55,467 nucleotides of DNA from Octopus bimaculoides (taxonomy: Eukaryota), in assembly GCF_001194135.2 (NCBI RefSeq), contig NC_068986.1, positions 62,284,875-62,340,341 of the forward strand, given 5' to 3'. The position numbers were made by a program, and so were the translations under genes. Under the pieces are notes generated by a model that was not told the DNA's origin, searched no databases, and saw only the letters and a list, made by a program, of their open reading frames with translations. Positions 48,501 through 55,467 of the stretch are shown here, one piece after another; within the stretch, counting starts at the first letter, position 1, and each line of letters begins with the position of its first letter.

Positions 48501-48725
48501 CAATGCCTATCTTCTTCCCCTACACCAGCAATGCTGCTGTAACTACACTAGCATACATCTGTCACACTCACACGCGTAAATACCAAAGGTATGCATATAT
48601 ATGTACACACACACAAACACAGCAAACAAAAACACATGCATTCATGCATACATGTTCTTCCTGACAAACACACATACGCTCAATGTTTATACATAAATAC
48701 AAGAATGTACATACGCACACACAAA
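45060..48725 (+). mobile_element. Second Penelope-like element (YxDDG type, possibly Naiad-like), decayed, with diverged direct terminal repeats
   Basis: SLKNI...KHMYWKVFFF...FKSRKCPPQIK, FYITLKDHKPNF...CKLISPSKS, DFYPAIS, LYKDDGL, IIWFN, CNx..KNCPL and FKGRYTQH (GIY-YIG). 45450-45700 resembles 48495-48720. The clade label is tentative. Confidence 0.88.
45110..45150 (+). ncRNA. Possible CpG-decayed hammerhead in the PLE-2 upstream repeat
   Basis: cagatga gtccg acctca tgaat aaaac reverts to CTGATGA GTCCG-loop-CGGAC GAAAC with about 5 changes, mostly CpG-type transitions. Confidence 0.35.
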
Positions 48726-48949
48726 CCCAAGCAATTTTGGATGAATGGGTTTATCTTTTGGTATCTTGTGTTGCTTGATGGGGGGGATAGGTGCTGGAAA
48801 GATTATAGTTGGAGAAAGCTTGACAAGGTCAGATTGAGTGCTGGGTCAGAGCCAACTGAGAGTGTAGACACAAAGATAATGCTTTTAATACCTTACTTTT
48901 CACAGGGATGGATGGGCTTTATAAAGCATAATAAAATGCCAACCTGGCT

Positions 48950-50650
48950 CTTGTGATCAGCCTTTGCCACTTTGCCCTATATCTTCCCTGGTTTCCCACT
49001 TCCACAAGTTCAGTCCACGTTTATACAATCAGCACTTTTTTATACAACTGTCATCATCCACATGCATCACATGACCTTACCAGCACAGTCTTCATTCTTA
49101 CATGCAATTCCACTGATACCCAATTTTTTTCTCAACACATTTGTACTTTGTCAAACATACATGCTGATTTTGCACATCTATTGGAGAATACTAGCTTCAT
49201 TCCCTTCTAGTCTTTGCATGTCCTCTGCATTCAGGGTCTGTTTCACTATCATATAACACTGCAGTTCATACACAAGCATCATGCAATCTGCCTTTCACTA
49301 TGAAAAAGAAATCTTTTGTTACCAACAAAGGTAATAATTCCTGAACTTTCTCCATTTTGTTCTTATCTTTGTAACTATACTTTCAGAACATCCTCCTCCA
49401 CTGCCTATTAATTCACCTAGATTAAAAAAACTATCTACCACTTCTAGTAAACTTCTTGGACATTTGAGAGAATCTACAAGGTCTGATCAAAATGTATTGG
49501 GACTGGTGCTATAAAAAGAAAACTACAACACATATCAGTTCAGTATTTAATTTCCTTTGAAGTAGTCCCTTTCTGAAACCTCACACTTTATCCAGTGTCG
49601 TTTTCATTGATGGAAGCATCCCTGGAGCTCCTTTTTGGGATGGCAAACAATTGCCTCATTGTATTCTCTGATATTTCCTCGATGTTTTCAAATCCTCTTC
49701 CACAGCAAAGACTGAGCCTTGGTTTTGGGGTCATAACCATAGACCCACGATTTGTCACCTGTTATGACGATTTTCAAAAAGTTTTCATATTCTTCAACAC
49801 CATCGAGGAAATCTTGCATAGCTGAAACCTGATCTTTTTTTTTTTGAGATGATCACACTCTACACACTTTATTTCAACAACTTGCAGACCTGGTCCAGTA
49901 ATTCGATTCCTCTGTAATTACTTTTATCTAAGTTACCTCCTTTATCTTTGGAAAAATTATAATGCTTTTACACCAGTTGTTGATTATGTCACCTGTAAAA
50001 CCTGATTAACTATACAGATGACTAGGTCATGTCCTACTCTTCTAGATATTCTAAATTTCTCAGTGGTGGTTTACAATGGAACAAAGGCTTTCATTTCCTT
50101 TGTATCCATAATTGCTTTATCTATCATACTTCTGTCAGCTGGGATAGCTAGTTTCTCTGTTGAGTTCATGTTGGGAAGACACTCTTCTTCCCATGCATTC
50201 TCTACATTTAATAATCTTATAGTAGTAGTAGTGCTTCCATGCATCTTTCTTTTTAGAATTATCTAGTGCAAGTGTACTATTATCTATCCACTCACATTTC
50301 TCTCCTACAATCATTTGATTCTCTCTAATACACTGTCTCACAATCTCACATCTCTAAACCTCATGTTGTAGAACATTGGTAAACCTCTTACTTTTTACTT
50401 CTCCCTTTGCTACATAAACCTGATGCCTAACTTCTCTCCGAATCACATGGTTTAATTCTCTGCTGCCTCTATTTTTCTCAGTATTTCCAAGTTTGTTTTT
50501 TCACTTTTATAGCTGTCAACCTCCCCACCATGTCACTCTTGGTGTGGCCAGGATTTTATATCAGCCACAGATTTGGTTTGTGGCCTTCAGTAAGTTGTTC
50601 CATATGAACTTCCAACTGTCCTCTGTACTATGCATCTTTATCCTCCTTTT
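48950..50650 (-). mobile_element. RTE LINE relic interrupted by a mariner fragment
   Basis: SNYRGIELLDQV (about 49900), LLEVVDSF (about 49440), and thumb and GKPGKI end motifs. Confidence 0.8.
49477..49860 (-). mobile_element. Mariner fragment with TA at both ends
   Basis: TIR caaggtctgatcaaaatgtatt and a C-terminal ENTMRQLFAIPKKELQGCFHQWKRHWIKC. The right end tgatcacactc-TA is degenerate. Confidence 0.75.
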
Positions 50651-51114
50651 TGTCTCATGCTTTAATTAGAATATGTCTAATTTTTTTTTTTGTTTGCTTA
50701 AGTCTCCATATCTTCCTTTTACAAACTGTTTCATGCCTGTGTGTGGTTGTGTGTGTATATCAATGTTGAATGGAAAAATTCTGAATATAAAAGGAAAATA
50801 CACTGTGGCCACAAAGTTCTGTCTGGGATCTCCGTCTCTATGTGCAGTTGGCTGTACCTTTCATCTTCCTTCAAGATTGATAGCTAACCAAAGTACAAGG
50901 GGTCAACATATATTGAAATAAAATCCTTGAAGGCAATGTCCCTGTATAACTACAGCCCAGTGACTGCTACCAGTAAAAAGAATGGAAGAATAGAAGAATA
51001 CTCAGTGGTTATGGGGGTAGTTTGTTTAGTTAGTACTTTTCATTAAATACTGAAGAGATACTAGGTAGAATTCACCAAGAACTCTTAGTGAAAACTAAAT
51101 AGTATGTTACTCAC

Positions 51115-51268
51115 TTTAAGTAAAAATTCCTGTCAGACTTTTGAAGGGTTAACAATCCGCTCTTTTCTCCAAAATGGAATAGAAGACCATATCTTCTGTA
51201 GCTTTTCAAGTTTTTTAATTTCCTCTGGATATCTGGTTGTTACAGTGGCCTTTACTTCTTTCATGTTT
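51115..51268 (-). CDS. Candidate exon of an unidentified minus-strand gene (NMKEVKATVTTRYPEEIKKLEKLQKIWSSIPFWRKERIVNPSKV*QEFLLK)
   Basis: Acceptor cttcattttattttag and donor AAA/gtgagt. The only long frame has a TGA 18 nt before the donor. Confidence 0.38.
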
Positions 51269-52258
51269 CTAAAATAAAATGAAGCAGTACAGATAGATTG
51301 ATATATATAGAGAAATATATTAATAGACCAATAGACAAAGAGGAAGGGTTGGAAAAGGGAAAGGGGGAGAGATGAAAGAGAGAGAGAGAGAGAGAGAAAA
51401 CACATGAGAAGAGGAGAAAGAACACATGCAACAATATTTACACTTTTCAACTCTATGTTTGATATAATTGCTTTAGATATTTGTAGTAGAAACCTTGTAG
51501 TGCAATCTCATCTGTGGATTACACAGTGATTTTTGTTGATATATAGTGTATCAAGAACTACATTATCTGATGATTTTTTTTTTTGTTTAAGATAATATGG
51601 TATACTATAAAGCTGCTACTTCTAGGATGTTGAGCACTGATAGAGAAGAATAGGGAATCATTTTTCTGCATTCAGATTCGAAAGTATTCACTGATAAAGT
51701 TTTTAAAACCTACATGAAAAATGTTTACAATTTAAATTCAAAACAGTAATTTCCTATAAATTGCAAGCCTATGAATTTTTAGAATAAAGTTTCATATTTT
51801 TCTCACAACAGATTCTTATGTACTTGTAATTTGCTCTGTACTAAAAAGGTTCCTGGCCTCTGCTGTAAGGACTCCTTTATTGGCTCAAAATAATAATACA
51901 GCCTTCCTTCAGTACAAGATTAATTTTTGTATGGGAGTGGAGTAATTCACTAAACTAATTTCTATTGCTTATTTCCTCTAACTTCAAGGTATGGAAAGCT
52001 ACTGTGCTGTTACACAGACCAACAAGAGAGTCTCAAAGCTAAATCTCAGATCACACACTATTGACTATAAAAACATTTAATATACTTTATAGTATATTAT
52101 GGTTGCATAACAAAATTCCATGTGCCTACAAGTCTTTAATACTTACATGCCAGCCCTAGGAATGTGTTTAACATGTAAATTGGTATATTCAATAACTTTA
52201 CACCGCTGTATGTGGTGGCTATATAAACAATGTGTTTGGAGGCAAGAGAGGGTTAGAT

Positions 52259-52420
52259 CAGTGGTTCCCAGACTGGGCAGTATTGCTCTCCTGGTGGTGG
52301 TGGAAAGTTCCAAGGGAGTATTGAAGAAAAGTGGGGTGATAATGGGGTAGTGATTCATGTAAAAGGTGGGGCAATAATAGGGTAGTGATTCATGTAAAAC
52401 AACAAAATAATGGGTTCATT
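52259..52420 (+). mobile_element. hAT-like terminal fragment with 35-bp tandem pair
   Basis: cagtggttcccagactggg is typical of hAT TIRs; gtgggg..ataat.gggtagtgattcatgtaaaa occurs twice. No partner TIR was seen. Confidence 0.5.
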
Positions 52421-52876
52421 AGGTTAAGTTTTATTTGTGAAATACAGTTGCTTTGAATTTGCTTCAGAAAGAGGTCTATGTTTGTGATGGTTAGTTGGGG
52501 TGGGGCTGCTAGGAATGTGGCCTGGGTTTCGTGGGGACCCCCCCCCCCACGAAATAGGCATATACACTCATTACTCATATTTGTCTCCAATCTCATTGTT
52601 TGTTTACAACTGACATCTTGATATGAAATGTAGCAAAAAATCAGTGCTGGCTATAATGTCTGTAGAAATAACCTTAACAAAATAATGTAAAGAACACTGC
52701 TAACGCAGTAGAACATGGTGTTGGCTTATAAAAACATTTAATATACTTTATAGTATATTATGGTTGTATAATGAAATTCCATGTGCCTGCAAGTCTTTAA
52801 ATCCAACTTAATCGGAATTTTAAATTAAAAATAAAAAAGAATTAAACTAAATATGGTGAGGTATTTAGTACCTCAC

Positions 52877-52926
52877 CATAAAAATTTGGTAGAAATGAAA
52901 TGGTACAGTGCCCAACCATTTTATTT
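52877..52926 (-). CDS. Candidate 50-nt exon (NKMVGHCTISFLPNFY)
   Basis: Acceptor tttatgtttttgaatttgatag and donor ATG/gtgagg, which lies inside a perfect hairpin. Confidence 0.25.
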
Positions 52927-53389
52927 CTATCAAATTCAAAAACATAAATTATAAAGTCGATGTTAACATACTTGATGCTATAAGCCAAGAAATCTTAATT
53001 TAGATTTTACACATAGCCATGAGAAGCAGTCACTTTCGTAACCACTAATTATGACCAAAGAAAAGCAGCAGAAGGTTCCCGGAATTTAAATTAATTGAAA
53101 TTAGATAAATATAGAATGCAGTTAGGAGTGAGTTTAATCTTCAGTTTCATGATGACAATTCTGGAAATGTTTTAGTCTTATTAGGTCTCCTTAGCAAAGA
53201 TAGTATAACTGTAAAATTAGTGTCTAAAAATATCAATGTAATAAAATGAATTGAGGTGTCAGTAAAATCAGTATTAGTACACTCTATTGCAAATTGATGG
53301 TCGAGTATCTGTGTCAGGTATCAATATTTTATTTATCTCATGAAAATGTGATCAATGAAATCAATTAATTAAGTTTATTTCTTTTACAC

Positions 53390-53488
53390 AAGACAGTGAG
53401 AGGAGGGAAGTGCCTACGAGTCATGGCCAGCTTATTTAACATCTGTAGGAAACCTTTGGGAGTGAAGACATTCTTGAGAGTTATAGTT
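53390..53488 (-). CDS. Candidate exon (TITLKNVFTPKGFLQMLNKLAMTRRHFPPLTV)
   Basis: Strong acceptor tttctctcaatctttcctcttag with one open frame; the donor (TT/gtgtaa) is weak. Confidence 0.3.
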
Positions 53489-53533
53489 CTAAGAGGAAAG
53501 ATTGAGAGAAATGTTATATACATACATACATAC

Positions 53534-53564
<31 letters not shown>

Positions 53565-55370
53565 CGTGCGTGTGTGTATGTATGTGTATTTTTTCATTGT
53601 GTACAAATAACACAGAAAAAAAAATAGTTACCAGGGTAGCAAAAATTCACATAAGTGCCAAGGATATTACAGCCTACTTGTAAAAGTAGAAATTCCAGGG
53701 TTAAGTGAAATGTTTTTGTATAACATAGATAAATTAAGAAATGGAGTCAAATGCAGATTTTATTCAAATCTTTATACAATTCGAATTTATATCAGAAATA
53801 TTGATATTGTTGTTAATATTGTTCAAAGAACAGTTAGCATTAATAATATCAATGTCATTATTTTCATTAAGTGGATTTGTATTTAACAACTTATTGTTAT
53901 GCAAAGAGATGATTTGTGAAAGGTTTTTGGTGTTTGAAAACCTTATCCTAATTCAGTGTGAATTGATAATGGAATGGTATCTTAAATTTTTTTGGAAATT
54001 CTTATAGCTTCATGAAATTTGCAAGGGAGGTTGGATTTGATCTGCTTACCATATGGAATTATCAACCAAACAGTTTTATTAGGACACACCATGTTATTAG
54101 GGTAAAAAGTTTAAAAGTCCTAGACTTATTTTTATTATGTATAAAGGGATATAAAGAACGGTTATCTCCCTTATGCTGCAAAATTACATTTTTTGATTTA
54201 GTGTTGTTATTCAAACTAAAATTTATATTGTTATTACCGTTATGACATGTTTTCATGTCTTGATTAATAGAGTTAGAATTAATGTCAATAGGGTTAATAT
54301 AGGTAACTTTTTCTTTATAGCCTGCTTTAAGTAAGGCAGAGCTATAAAATTTGGCTTTATCGTTGAAGATATCAACATTAGCAGATAATCTAGAAAGTCT
54401 AAGTGAAATATTTTAAACTAAATTCCTTGTAATAGCCTTTGAATGATTACTGAAAGAGCTAATGTATTTTAAATTAGTTGAGGGTATATGGCATGGGAAA
54501 TATGAATCATTATATAAGTTAAGGGTAATATCCAAAAAGATGGCTTTAGTTATATCATCATCGTAAATAGCAGCAATTCTAAGACTAGAAACTCTGTTTA
54601 TTAATGTAAAATTACTTCTGGTTCTGATGTCTTTTTTTACATAGGTTGTTCATCATCTCAGTTGTTGAAAAGAATATCTAACCATTACTCTACATTTAGA
54701 TATATCAATAAATGCAACAATACTGGATTTAATAAATTAATTTGGTCTCTAAAGTAATGTAATAAACCATTTGATTTTAAATGGAATATTCTATCTAGAT
54801 TCTTCCCCTATGACAAAGGTAAATCTTTTTGTCCACCCTGTAATGAAGAACAATTTCTCATCCTCTTCTCAGAGAATACTCTTGTAAACACGTTTAAAGA
54901 ACACATTTATCATTGTAAACATAGGCAAAAACATACCTTTAGTTCCTATAAGTAATTCCTACACATCTACGAAATTCGACCTTTAACTGTCTTCTTACAT
55001 TTCATTTCCACTACATATACCTGTTTCCATGCTTTTAAGCTTTATTCACATTCATCTGTCACACTATATTTCTCTACTCTTAGTTTTCTGTTAATTTCTT
55101 TCTTATTCCTCCTTCTATTTCTCTAAATTAATTTTGATGTTAATTTAAAAAATAACTTGTCAGTATTCCCCTTAATCATATACACAGTAATCACATTCAG
55201 ATAAAATGGCTTATTGATGTGTTTTGTCTCTCTTTCTTTCCCCTGACAAGATGATTGGTTTGTTTTACATCATTTTATTCCCTCTGGAATAATATCAATG
55301 GTTTCTTTGAAGCATATGTCAGAAGTCTAAAGATTTGAATAACACCTGCATTTGACTCCATTTCTTAATT

Positions 55371-55414
<44 letters not shown>

Positions 55415-55467
55415 AAACTTTCTTGGAAATGGATGCGCGACATTCAATTAAATAATAAATAATAAAT

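Overview
This is AT-rich eukaryotic genomic DNA with microsatellites and five N-gaps. Its SINE, LINE and MITE families look like those of Octopus (my recollection of the repeats, not a database result). The window is mostly a nested graveyard of transposons. It contains a Gypsy LTR relic, many RTE LINE pieces with a PHD-type finger inside the RT region, a HERO-like LINE, several R4/Dong LINEs at (AAT)n tracts, two Penelope-like elements (PLEs), mariner/hAT relics, a non-autonomous Helitron and about 15 tRNA-derived SINE fragments. No intact autonomous TE ORF is visible. A few phase-compatible exon candidates suggest an unidentified host gene; I could not name its product. The most notable structure is a head-to-head inverted PLE pair (about 9.76-14.27 kb) whose 3' repeat carries a tRNA-like Pol III promoter, then an (AAT)n spacer, then a minimal hammerhead ribozyme. 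Next are a four-level nest (Dong > PLE-tail patch > Helitron > 884-bp Merlin-like foldback with 8-bp TSD), a HERO 3' end inserted into its own ORF, and an (AAT)n 'landing-pad' retroelement cluster at 33.5-43.7 kb. All alignments, translations and folds were done by eye, so coordinates may be off by a few bases.
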